The notes beneath the pieces were generated by a model. It was given only the letters and a program-made list of their open reading frames with translations. It did no database searches and was not told the origin of the DNA. 50,921 bases of DNA from an uncultured Clostridia bacterium (GTDB lineage: Bacteria; Bacillota; Clostridia; Christensenellales; DTU072), in NCBI GenBank assembly GCA_944350065.1, contig CALVOD010000002.1, forward strand, positions 1-50,921, in the 5' to 3' direction. Within the stretch, counting starts at the first letter, position 1. Each line of letters opens with the position of its first letter. The position numbers and the translations under genes were made by a program. Of the stretch, positions 37,295 to 47,300 are shown in pieces.

Positions 37295-38737
37295 TTATCT
37301 GCCGCGTTTTTTATTGACGATGAGAAGCGCTGCGACGGTAATTAAGCCGCCGAGCACGGCTACGCCGAGGATTATGCCGCCCGCCGTCCATAACGTGTCC
37401 GCGGGATAGAACTTGTCTCCTATCGTCAGTCCGTCGCCTTCGCTTGCGTTATTCGCGTATTCGAGATCGGATACAAGATAAAAATCTCCGAAAGAATCGG
37501 TATAAAAATACAACCTGCCGTCGCGTATCTCAGAGCTGAGCAGCTCGAGCACACCTTCGGAATTACAGTAATAAACTTTCGCCACTTCCGCGCCCGCAGG
37601 CATATTCGCGCTTATTTCTATTTCGCGGTAAACCGTCGCCGCGCCGTCATCCGACGTGAGCGCAAGCGAAAACGCGTACGTTACCGGCGTAAGATAACCC
37701 GACGCCGCGGAAGCGGTATTCTTCATATCCTCATAATTCGCCGCGGCGCATTCGCCCGCGGTGAGAGTGAGCGCGTCGCCCGCAGGTCTGTCGGTATAAC
37801 CGTATGCTGCGCTCGCGTCTATTCCCGTGGGCACGTCGGCGTTACTTGCGGAATACACCGTCGTTATCCTGTAGGCGGTGTCCGCCGCTTCGTCCGCCGC
37901 GCGTTTAAACGAGCTTATCACCGAAGTCGAAGCAGCGGGGTCTCCCAATGCCGTCGAAAGATTTTTGTACGCTTCGAGTATGCCGTCCCAAGCCTCACGA
38001 GCATATACGCTTTCATCGAGAGCGGCGAATTTGGCGCTATACTCGTTTATCGTCGTTCTGTCGTAACCGTTGAGCTGATACCCGTAATCGGTCGTGTTTC
38101 CGGCGTTGTCCTCTACGGTAACGTACACGTAGCCGCTCAAACCGGCGCAATCGACGGCGTATAGAGAATCGGCGCCGTCTTTAAGATAGAACTCACGCCC
38201 GAAATTTTTAATATAAACTCTTTTAACTCCGCTTAGCGCGTCCGAAGCGCGCAAGGTAAGCAACATCGGAGTCGCCGCCGTGAGGTCTATTTCGCAACGT
38301 ATGCTTTCCGCTATCGCGGAGGACGGGGGCGGCGTGGAATCGATATAATCCACTGTAGCGGTCACGTAGCGTTTAACGCCTTCGGTATCGAAATAATAGG
38401 CTTTTATCTCGTTGACGCCCTCGGCGGTTATCGTAAAAGGCGCCGCATAGCGTATCTCTCCGGATTCTATGCCGGTACGTCCTTTTACCGAATAAAACTT
38501 ATACGAATCGGTATTCTCCCACTGTATAGTGACTTCAACCGAGGAAGCGTAACCGCTTTCGTCCGTAGGAGTAAGCGTGATTTTCGGAGGATTGACGTCG
38601 CGCGCGTAAGTCGCTGCGTTTGCCTCATACGCCTCCGTCGGGCAAAACGAAACCGCCGCCGTAAGCAACACCGCCACGGCAAGCAACGCAACTAATGAAA
38701 TTTTTGTCATCGCGCCTGTTTTCATCATTTTCATCAT
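37295..38737 (-). CDS. Hypothetical cell-surface protein (signal/anchor N-terminus, beta-sandwich-like modules, C-terminal TM plus KKRGR)
   Basis: N-terminus MMKMMKTGAMTKISLVALLAVAVLLTAAV. Module ends include VDYIDSTPPP and VTVEDNAGNTTDY. The C-terminus is GGIILGVAVLGGLITVAALLIVNKKRGR, with no LPXTG. The start among clustered ATGs (38710-38737) is uncertain. Confidence 0.68.
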   Translation of the reverse strand: MMKMMKTGAMTKISLVALLAVAVLLTAAVSFCPTEAYEANAATYARDVNPPKITLTPTDESGYASSVEVTIQWENTDSYKFYSVKGRTGIESGEIRYAAPFTITAEGVNEIKAYYFDTEGVKRYVTATVDYIDSTPPPSSAIAESIRCEIDLTAATPMLLTLRASDALSGVKRVYIKNFGREFYLKDGADSLYAVDCAGLSGYVYVTVEDNAGNTTDYGYQLNGYDRTTINEYSAKFAALDESVYAREAWDGILEAYKNLSTALGDPAASTSVISSFKRAADEAADTAYRITTVYSASNADVPTGIDASAAYGYTDRPAGDALTLTAGECAAANYEDMKNTASAASGYLTPVTYAFSLALTSDDGAATVYREIEISANMPAGAEVAKVYYCNSEGVLELLSSEIRDGRLYFYTDSFGDFYLVSDLEYANNASEGDGLTIGDKFYPADTLWTAGGIILGVAVLGGLITVAALLIVNKKRGR

Positions 38738-38863
38738 TAAGTAATATAACACACGCGCGCGCAATTTACAACAAAGTTCACCCAAAAATCAATCGGGCGC
38801 GCTGTCACCCGCCGCGCAAACGCGTACATAGTATGTATTGAAATCATTTAAGGAGGAACCGTA

Positions 38864-39868
38864 ATGAAAAAATTCATTTCCGTCGCGCTCATTGCCGTAC
38901 TTTGTACGCTGTGCGCGCTCTGCTTCGTCGGCTGTAAGGACGACAATTCCGATACAATAACCGTAAGGCTGAACGAAGTCACACATTCCGTATTTTACGC
39001 CCCGCTTTACGTAGCCATCAATCAGGGCTTCTTCGCAGAAGAAGGCATAGAGATAGAACTCACCAACGGCGGAGGCGCGGACAAATCCATGACGGCGGTA
39101 GTAAGCGGACAAGCCGACATCGGGCTGATGGGACCGGAAGCCGCGGTCTACGTAAAAGCCGGCGGGAGCAACAACTATCCCATAGTCTTCGGTCAGCTCA
39201 CGAAGAAAGACGGCTCGTTTCTTATAGGCAGGAACGCCGTCGAAAACTTTACGTGGTCGTCTCTTGCAGGCTCCGAAATAATCGGCGGCCGCCCGGGCGG
39301 AATCCCCGCCATGACGCTCGAATACGCCCTGCACCTTAACGGGCTTGACGACGGCGTGAACGTAAAAATCAATTACGACGTACAATTCGACCTTATAGCG
39401 TCCGCCTTCGAATCGGGCACCGGGGATTATTGCACGATGTTCGAGCCGGTGGCTTCGACCTATGCGGAAGCGGGTAAAGGACACATAATCGCTTCCGTGG
39501 GAGCCGCGGCGGGCGACGTACCTTACACCTGCTTTATGGCTACCAAGAATTACATTTCGGATAACCGCGAAACAGTTTTAGCGTTCATGCGCGCTATAAT
39601 CAAAGGTATCGATTTCGTCACTGATTCTTCTTCTCAGGCGATAGCCGCGGCAATAGCGCCTTCCTTCCCCGACACGTCGAACGAAATTCTCGCGTCCTCC
39701 GTGGAAGCCTATAAAGCCATCGACGCGTACAAGACCACGCCCGTTATGGAAGAAAAGGATTTCGACAAATTCATTGAAATACTTACTTTCGCGGGCTCGC
39801 TCGAATCGCCGGTATCGTTTAGCGACATCATCGACAATTCGATTGCGGAAGCGTTGCTCGCATCGTAA
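38864..39868 (+). CDS. ABC transporter substrate-binding lipoprotein, NMT1/THI5-like (NitT/TauT family)
   Basis: Signal peptide with a lipobox-like FVGC. VTHSVFYAPLYVAINQGFFAEEGIEIEL is typical of NMT1/SsuA-type binding proteins. AGGAGG SD. Confidence 0.82.
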   Translation: MKKFISVALIAVLCTLCALCFVGCKDDNSDTITVRLNEVTHSVFYAPLYVAINQGFFAEEGIEIELTNGGGADKSMTAVVSGQADIGLMGPEAAVYVKAGGSNNYPIVFGQLTKKDGSFLIGRNAVENFTWSSLAGSEIIGGRPGGIPAMTLEYALHLNGLDDGVNVKINYDVQFDLIASAFESGTGDYCTMFEPVASTYAEAGKGHIIASVGAAAGDVPYTCFMATKNYISDNRETVLAFMRAIIKGIDFVTDSSSQAIAAAIAPSFPDTSNEILASSVEAYKAIDAYKTTPVMEEKDFDKFIEILTFAGSLESPVSFSDIIDNSIAEALLAS

Positions 39869-39881
39869 GGGGTAATTGACT

Positions 39882-40646
39882 ATGGCGCTGCTCGAACTGA
39901 AAAACGTATCTCTAATATACCACAGTCACGACGGCGAAACGGAAGCCGTCTCGGACGTAAGTCTCGAGGTAGGCGAAGGAGAATTCGTAGCCATAGTGGG
40001 ACCGTCGGGATGCGGCAAAACCACTTTGCTCGGTATGATAGCGGGACTTATCCCCCCTTCGGGGGGCGAGGTGCTCGTCAAGGGCAAGCCGGTGAGCGAA
40101 GCGCGGAATATGACCTCGCTGATGCCGCAGAGAGATCAACTGTTCGAGTGGCGTTCCGTATTCCGTAACGTCACCCTCGGACCGGAGATAAAGCGCAATA
40201 AAGATAAGGAAATATGCGCTTACGCGGACGAATTGCTTTCGAAATACGGCTTGTCGGAATTCCGCAAGAAGCGGCCGTCGGAGCTCTCGGGCGGAATGCG
40301 CCAGCGCGCCGCGCTCATACGCACTCTCGTCACGAGGCCCGAACTCTTACTGCTCGACGAACCTTTTTCCGCGCTCGACTTTCAGACGCGGCTGACGGTT
40401 TGCGACGACGTGGAAAGCATTATACGCAAAGAGAATAAGACCGCGGTGCTCGTCACCCACGACATAAGCGAAGCCATATCCATGTCCGACAAAGTCGTCG
40501 TGCTCTCCGCGCGTCCCGCCACCGTCAAAAAGGTTTACGACATCACCCTCGACAAAAACATTCCGCCGCTCAAGCGGAGAGAACAAAAATCCTTCCCCGT
40601 ATACTTCAGAAGTATCTGGAAGGATATGGAGGCGCCCCATGAGTGA
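39882..40646 (+). CDS. ABC transporter ATP-binding protein (NitT/TauT family)
   Basis: Walker A GPSGCGKTT, signature LSGGMRQR, Walker B LLLLDEPFS. The ATG at 39882 is preferred over the tracked TTG at 39876. Confidence 0.9.
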   Translation: MALLELKNVSLIYHSHDGETEAVSDVSLEVGEGEFVAIVGPSGCGKTTLLGMIAGLIPPSGGEVLVKGKPVSEARNMTSLMPQRDQLFEWRSVFRNVTLGPEIKRNKDKEICAYADELLSKYGLSEFRKKRPSELSGGMRQRAALIRTLVTRPELLLLDEPFSALDFQTRLTVCDDVESIIRKENKTAVLVTHDISEAISMSDKVVVLSARPATVKKVYDITLDKNIPPLKRREQKSFPVYFRSIWKDMEAPHE

Positions 40647-41427
40647 AGAACATAAGCAATATCTCAAGAAGCAGAAAATACGCAAAATAGTTATCCGTAT
40701 CATACAGATAGGTATCCTTATATTACTTTTCGGTTTGTGGGAGCTTTCCGCATATCTCGAATGGGCGGATCCTTTCATAACCTCGTCGCCCTCAAGGGTG
40801 GTTAAGAGTATAGCCAATCTTTACACCTCGGGACAGCTCTTTACGCACCTCGGCGCGACGCTGTGGGAGACGGTGATAAGTTTCCTTCTCTCCACCGTCC
40901 TCGGCACCGCAATAGCCGTAATCCTGTGGTGGAGCGAGACGGCGCGGAGAGTGCTCGAGCCCTATCTCATAGTGCTTAACTCGCTGCCTAAAGTAGCGCT
41001 CGGACCGCTCATAATAATTTGGGTGGGCGCGGGGCGCAGCGCAATCGTCACGATGGCGCTGATGATATGCCTGATAATCACCGTGATATCGGCGCTTACG
41101 GGGTTTATGTCGGTGGACGAAGAAAAAATCCAGCTTATGCGTTCTATGGGCGCGAATAAGTTTCAGATACTGATCAAACTGATTCTGCCCGCCAATATTC
41201 CTAATATTCTATCCATTCTCAAAATAAACGTGGGTTTGAGTTGGGTGGGCACGATTATGGGCGAATATCTCGTTTCGCGCGAAGGCATAGGCTATCTGCT
41301 CGTCTACGGCAGTCAGGTGTTCAAGCTCGACCTCGTAATGGCTTCTACCCTTATGCTGTGCGTGCTCGCCACCGCAATGTACCTCGTCGTCGCGCTTATC
41401 GAAAAGCTCATAAGCCGCTTTTATTAG
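40639..41427 (+). CDS. ABC transporter permease (NitT/TauT family)
   Basis: Six-helix BPD-type permease (EAA-like region MRSMGANKFQILIKLILP). It overlaps the ATPase gene by 8 nt. Confidence 0.85.
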   Translation: MSEEHKQYLKKQKIRKIVIRIIQIGILILLFGLWELSAYLEWADPFITSSPSRVVKSIANLYTSGQLFTHLGATLWETVISFLLSTVLGTAIAVILWWSETARRVLEPYLIVLNSLPKVALGPLIIIWVGAGRSAIVTMALMICLIITVISALTGFMSVDEEKIQLMRSMGANKFQILIKLILPANIPNILSILKINVGLSWVGTIMGEYLVSREGIGYLLVYGSQVFKLDLVMASTLMLCVLATAMYLVVALIEKLISRFY

Positions 41428-41469
41428 CATAATCGCCGCCGCGACCGAGTACAATTTAGCGGTAGGTAT

Positions 41470-42450
41470 ATGCTCAATTACTTCGTCACGGCGTTCACTT
41501 TCATCGGAACTTTAATAGGCGCCGGCTTCGCTTCGGGGAAGGAAATAGCCCTTTTCTTCGGCGACGCCGGCGTTCCCTCCGTGCTCCTTGCCGGTATCGC
41601 CTGCGGCGCCGTTGCCTATCCTTTCATGCGTATCGGCGCGCTCACCTGCGGAGACGTAGTCGGAGGCGTTCTTCCCGCTCATCCGGAATACGCTGCGACG
41701 GTACTGCGTTTCGTCAATTTTCTTGTGCTCGCTACGGTGCTCGCCGCGGCGGAGTACCTCGCTTACGAAATATTCGCTTTCCGCGGCGGCGCCGTGATTA
41801 CCGGTATAGCCGCTCTTATCGCGAATTCCGCCGGTATGCGCGGAATCAAATTCGTCAACGGCGTTCTCGTCCCGGTCATCATCGCGCTCGTGGCGATTAT
41901 CCTTTCGCGTAAAGGTTTCTCGCCCGTCACCGGGCGAGTGAGAGTAATCTCCCCGTTGCTATATTCCGCCATGAACGCACTTTCCGCGGGACTGGTCACC
42001 GCCAAAATAAGCGGCTCTCTCACGCGCAAAGGCGCGCTTTGCGTTTCGGCGATAATAGCGGTAGCCGTTTCCGCGTTGCTCCTTATGGTTCGCTCCGCCA
42101 TAGTCGGCAACGCCGACGCCGATATGCCCCTTTACTCCGTTGCGGTCAATAACTCTCTCGGAATAGCGGGAGCAGTAGTGATATATTCCGCCATATTTAC
42201 CACCGCCGCGGGAACCGTGGGGCTCGCTTCCAAGGAAAATTCCTCTTTATCCCCGATAATCACCCTCTCTTTTGCCTTTTTGCTTTCCGCGATAGGTTTT
42301 ACCAACCTCGTCAAATACACTTATCCAGTCATAGGAGCCGTAGGTATCGGTTTCGCCGCGTTCGCTACATTCAAGCTCGCGCGTAAAAAAATAAGGCAAT
42401 GTCCTTGTAATAACACCTCGATTTTGGTACAATATGAAAGACGTAATTAA
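41470..42450 (+). CDS. YkvI-family polytopic membrane protein (putative transporter)
   Basis: The N-terminal FTFIGTLIGAGFASGKEIALFF matches the YkvI-type GAGFASGQE motif. About 10 helices. Confidence 0.65.
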   Translation: MLNYFVTAFTFIGTLIGAGFASGKEIALFFGDAGVPSVLLAGIACGAVAYPFMRIGALTCGDVVGGVLPAHPEYAATVLRFVNFLVLATVLAAAEYLAYEIFAFRGGAVITGIAALIANSAGMRGIKFVNGVLVPVIIALVAIILSRKGFSPVTGRVRVISPLLYSAMNALSAGLVTAKISGSLTRKGALCVSAIIAVAVSALLLMVRSAIVGNADADMPLYSVAVNNSLGIAGAVVIYSAIFTTAAGTVGLASKENSSLSPIITLSFAFLLSAIGFTNLVKYTYPVIGAVGIGFAAFATFKLARKKIRQCPCNNTSILVQYERRN

Positions 42451-43330
42451 AATGTTGACAAGCGGGAATATTCCCTTCAAAACGGATATGCCGGCAACTC
42501 TCGTAAGTTCCTACCGCGGCGGCGGAACGACCGCCGTGATAGCTTATCCGGAGAGTACCGCCGCCCTTGCGGAATGCGTGCGCATAGCCTCCGAAAACGG
42601 CGTCCCCTGCCTTCCTCTCGGCAACGGCACCAATATTCTCGTAAGAGACGGCGGCTTTTACGGCATAATGATATCGCTGATAGGTTTCCGCACCGTAACG
42701 CGGCGCGGCGATTCGCTCGTATGCGGCGCGGGCGCGGGACTTGCGGGAATAGCCGCTCGCGCGGCGGAATACAACCTCAGCGGACTCGAAGAACTGTCGG
42801 GAATACCGGGGACGGCGGGAGGCGCGCTCAAAATGAACGCGGGCGCCTTCGGACGGGAGCTGTCGGAGCTCGTGGATTCCGTCACGGTATACGACGCCGT
42901 TTCGCGAAAAGTCATAAGGCTCACGCGCGGAGAAATACCCTTCTCTTACCGCTCGAGCGGAAACGTCTTCGAAAAAGCCTTCGCGCTCGAAACCACGCTT
43001 ACGCTCGCGGAAGGAGTCGCAGTAAAAGAAAAATCGGAATTTTACCGCGAGCAGCGCAGGGCGAAGCAACCTTGCGCGCCGTCGCTCGGTTCCGTTTTTC
43101 TCAAGACGGCGGACGGAATGGGCGCGGGCTACTACATAGACAAAGCGGGTCTCAAAGGCGCGCGCGTGGGCGGCGCTGAAATATCCGAAAAGCACGCGAA
43201 TTTCATCGTGAACCGAGGTGGCGGAACGGCTGAAGATTATTGTTCACTGATGTCGCTTGCGCGCACGGTAGTCGGAAGCAAATACGGAATAACGCTTGAG
43301 CCGGAGATAGTGATCGTCGGCGAGGAGTAA
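42434..43330 (+). CDS. murB: UDP-N-acetylenolpyruvoylglucosamine reductase
   Basis: FAD-binding LPLGNGTNILVRD, then ...FSYRSS..., and a C-terminal ISEKHANFIVN. Length is 298 aa. Confidence 0.9.
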   Translation: MKDVIKMLTSGNIPFKTDMPATLVSSYRGGGTTAVIAYPESTAALAECVRIASENGVPCLPLGNGTNILVRDGGFYGIMISLIGFRTVTRRGDSLVCGAGAGLAGIAARAAEYNLSGLEELSGIPGTAGGALKMNAGAFGRELSELVDSVTVYDAVSRKVIRLTRGEIPFSYRSSGNVFEKAFALETTLTLAEGVAVKEKSEFYREQRRAKQPCAPSLGSVFLKTADGMGAGYYIDKAGLKGARVGGAEISEKHANFIVNRGGGTAEDYCSLMSLARTVVGSKYGITLEPEIVIVGEE

Positions 43331-43332
43331 CA

Positions 43333-44322
43333 TTGGAAAAAGAAAAAACGGGCGGAATAGCCCAGCTCGCCAAAGAGGAACTGACTTCCGTTAAAATCGG
43401 ACGCGCCTGCTGCAAGCGTGCGTTTCTGGCGGGGATAATAAGGGGCGCCGGCAATTTCTACGTCGATCACGAAGGTTTCGGCGTCAAAGTAGCCCTGCCG
43501 AGCGCCGAGCTCATCGCAAAATGCGCTCTCCTCGTCAAAAACCTCGTCGGCAACGAGCCCGAGGTCATTATGCGCACCTCGTCGCGCGAAGTGGGCAACA
43601 AAACGGTTTACGAACTCAAATTGCGCGGAGACGTCTGCTTCGATTTGTTGTCGGAAACGGGCATTTCTCCCGCGCCCTATCAGTTTGCCGACGGTATTGC
43701 GCCCGAAACCGTAGCCGAAGATTGTTGCGCGAGCGCGTTTTTACGGGGAATCTTCCTTGCCTCGGGCACCGTTTCCGCGCCGCCGCGCCACACCGTCACC
43801 GCAAAAGCGGTAAGCTATTATCTCGATTTCACCGTCAATACTTCAAGAATGGCGGAGGATTTGAAGGAATTGCTCGCGCGTTTCGACGTAGCTGCGAGGA
43901 TACGGGTAAGGAACGAGCTTTATTCCGTTTACGTCAAAGACGCCGAGATAATCTCCAATCTGCTCGTAAGAATGGGCGCGGTGCGAGCGATGATGGAATT
44001 GCAGGACATACTCGCCACGCGCTCCCTTAACAACGACAACAACCGTCAGATAAACTGCGCGAGCGCAAACATAGACAAGACTATAGACGCGAGCATACGG
44101 CAGATACTCGCCATAGAAAAAATACGTTCGGCGCGCGGACTCGATTCGCTCGATCCCGCCCTTAAAGCCACCGCGGAGGCGCGGCTTGCAAATCCCGAAA
44201 CCACGCTTTCCGAGCTCGCGGCGACGCTGCCCGGCAACCCCTCGAAAAGCTGTCTTAACCACAGAATGAGGAAATTGCTCGCCATCGCCGCGGAAATAGA
44301 CGATAACGGCGGTAACGCCTGA
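43333..44322 (+). CDS. whiA: DNA-binding protein WhiA
   Basis: Degenerate LAGLIDADG-like repeats (FLAGIIRGAG, FLRGIFLASG) and a C-terminal HTH (TLSELAATL...KSCLNHRMRKL). TTG start 7 nt after GAGGAG. Confidence 0.87.
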   Translation: MEKEKTGGIAQLAKEELTSVKIGRACCKRAFLAGIIRGAGNFYVDHEGFGVKVALPSAELIAKCALLVKNLVGNEPEVIMRTSSREVGNKTVYELKLRGDVCFDLLSETGISPAPYQFADGIAPETVAEDCCASAFLRGIFLASGTVSAPPRHTVTAKAVSYYLDFTVNTSRMAEDLKELLARFDVAARIRVRNELYSVYVKDAEIISNLLVRMGAVRAMMELQDILATRSLNNDNNRQINCASANIDKTIDASIRQILAIEKIRSARGLDSLDPALKATAEARLANPETTLSELAATLPGNPSKSCLNHRMRKLLAIAAEIDDNGGNA

Positions 44323-44364
44323 CGGTGCGCTATTTGCGCGTTTACGGAATTTACGGAGGAAAAG

Positions 44365-47300
44365 ATGCCCACCGATAAAGGAAATTTCATACATCTTCAC
44401 GTTCACACCGAATACAGTCTGCTCGACGGAGCGGCGCCCGTCAAGAAGCTCGTAAAAACAGCTAAAGAACTGGGTATGCCCGCGCTTGCGATGACCGATC
44501 ACGGGAATATGTACGGCACGATAAAGTTTGTCGACGCCTGCAAGAGCGAAGGTATCAAGCCGATAATCGGGTGCGAATTCTACATTACCGAAAACATGCA
44601 CGTCCACGAAGGGCGCAACACGGAGGAGCAGAACAAGAACTGTCACCTCGTACTTCTCGCGAAGAATTACGAAGGGTACAAAAACCTTGCCAAACTCAAT
44701 TCCTACGCCTGGATAGACGGATACCATTATAAGCCGAGAATAGACCTCGAGCTGCTCGAGAAGCACTCCGACAATCTTGTCTGCTTATCGGCGTGCATCG
44801 CGGGCGCGATACCGCGCTACATACTCCGTAACGATTACGAAGGCGCCAAGGCGTACGCGCTCAAGCTGAAAAACATGTTTGCCGAAGGGGATTTCTATAT
44901 AGAACTGCAGAATCACGGTCTCGAGGAGGAGCTGAAGGTCAATCCCCTGCTTGTCAGGCTCGCCCGCGAAATAGGCGTAAAATGCGTAGCCACCAACGAC
45001 GTGCACTACATAACCAAAAGCGACGCCGAGATGCACGACATCGTTCTCTGTATAGGAACGGCTTCGTACTACGACGACGAGAACAGAATGAAATGGCTGC
45101 CCAACGATAACTTCTATCTCAAGACTTACGACGAGATGGAGAAAGTTCTCGGCTGGTGCCCGGAGGCTCTCGAGACGCCGTACGAAATTACCGAAAAATG
45201 CGACTTTAAGTTCCCGCCTAAGCAATATCAGTTACCCGATTATCCTTGTCCCGACGGAATGAAATCGGACGAATATCTCCGCAAGCTCGCTTACGAAGGG
45301 CTTGAAAGGCGCTACGGAGTCATCACTCCGGAGATACGCGAGCGCGCCGAAACGGAGCTCGACGTAATAATTTCGATGGGCTTTGCGGACTATTATCTTT
45401 TGGTATGGGACTTCATTTACTGGGCTAAAAATCACGATATCCCTATCGGCAAAGGCAGAGGTTCGGGCGTAGGCAGCATCATAGCTTACGCCATAGGAAT
45501 TACGGACGTGGAGCCTCTCGAATACGACCTCATTTTCGAAAGGTTCCTCAATAAGGACCGTACTTCCATGCCTGACTTCGACATAGATATCTGCTACCAC
45601 CGCAGAGGCGAGGTCATACAGTACGTCAAAGACAAATACGGCGAAGACCATATTTCGCAGATAATCACTTTCGGTAAGCTGAAGAAGAAGCAAGCCATCA
45701 AGGACGTGGCGCGCGTATACAGACTGCCGTTCGCTGACGTTTCGAGGATAACGAAAAACATAGGAAATTTCGGCGAGGAAGAAAAGAAGGTTCATATTCC
45801 CGACCTCGTAAATCCCAACAGCAAATATCTCGTATCCGACTTATACGAGCAATATATTTCCAATCCTCAGATCAAAAAAATCATCGATATCGCGGCGCAG
45901 ATAGAAGGAATGCCGCGCAACACTTCCATACACGCGGCGGGCGTCGTTATATACCGCAATCCCGCGATAGACACCATACCGCTTGCGCGTAACGGCACCG
46001 AGACGACCACGCAATTCGATATGATAGAGGTGGAAGGACTGGGGCTTCTTAAGATGGACTTCCTCGCGCTGATGACTTTGACGGATATCAAAATGGCTCA
46101 CGATTACGTCTATGCAGCCACAGGGCGCGACGTGGATTTCAACAAGCTCGGCTACGCCGACCCCGAAGTTTACGCGATGATATCTGCGGGCGATACGGAC
46201 GCGGTATTCCAGCTCGAAGGCGGCGGTATGAAGAAATTCCTCACCCGTCTCAAGCCTGTATGCATGGAAGACGTGATAGCGGGTATAGCGCTTTACCGAC
46301 CGGGTCCGCTCAAGGATATCGACAAATTCATCTCTTACCGTAAAAATCCCGAGACGATAGTTTACAAGGATCCCCTGCTGAAAGACATTCTGGGAGTCAC
46401 GAGCGGAATCATCGTCTATCAGGAACAGGCGATGATGATTACCCGCAAACTCGCGGGATACACGATGACCGACGCGGACAATTTCCGCAGCATCATCAGT
46501 AAAAAGAAACTTGACAAAATACCCAAAGAACGCGACAAGTTCATCAACGGGCTCAAAGACGCCGACGGCAAAGTGCTGATACCCGGTTGCGTGGCTAACG
46601 GCATAAGCGCGGAGACGGCGCTCGAGATATTCGGCGAAATGGAGAGCTTCGCATCCTACGCTTTCAACAAGTCTCACGCGGCGGCGTACGCCTATCTTTG
46701 CTACGAAACGGCGTTTTATAAGCATTACTACCCTACCGAATATCTCGCGGCGGTGATCAACAACCGTATAAACAAGCCCGACGACACCAAAAAATATATG
46801 GCGGTATTAAAGACGATGAACATACCGCTTCTGCCGCCGGACATCAACAAATCCTCGCCGCTTTTCTCGCCGGAAAAGGAAGGTATACGTTACGGTCTCG
46901 CCTGTATCAAGAACGTGGGTATGGCGATAATGACGGAGACGGTGAAGGAACGCGCGGAGCGCGGGAACTTCAAAGATCTTTACGATTTCGTCTCGAGAAT
47001 GGGCGAAACGCAGCTTATAAACAAGCGCGTCGTCGAAAGCCTTATCAAAGGCGGAGCGTTCGACTGTTTCGGCGAAACGCGCGCGACGCTTATGGCGAAT
47101 TACGAGCGCATTATGGCCGAAGCGGAAGCTAAGCGCAGGGAAAAGCTCAAACGCGAAACAACGGGACAATTCGATATGTTCTCGATGTTCGGAGAGGACG
47201 AAGCAGTCAAGGAAACGCCTTTCAAATATGACCGCGTGAAAGAATATTCCCAACGCGAAAAGCTGCTTGCGGAAAAGGAAATGCTCGGAATGTATATCAC

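Noticed and set aside
38786-38863. A possible TPP riboswitch ahead of the NMT1/THI5-like ABC operon.
   Set aside because: The leader is too short (78 nt) and lacks the conserved CUGAGA and pyrimidine-sensing helices.
38789-39484. A 231-codon minus-strand ORF.
   Set aside because: It is antisense to the ABC substrate-binding lipoprotein gene. That gene has a strong SD, a signal peptide with a lipobox, and family motifs.
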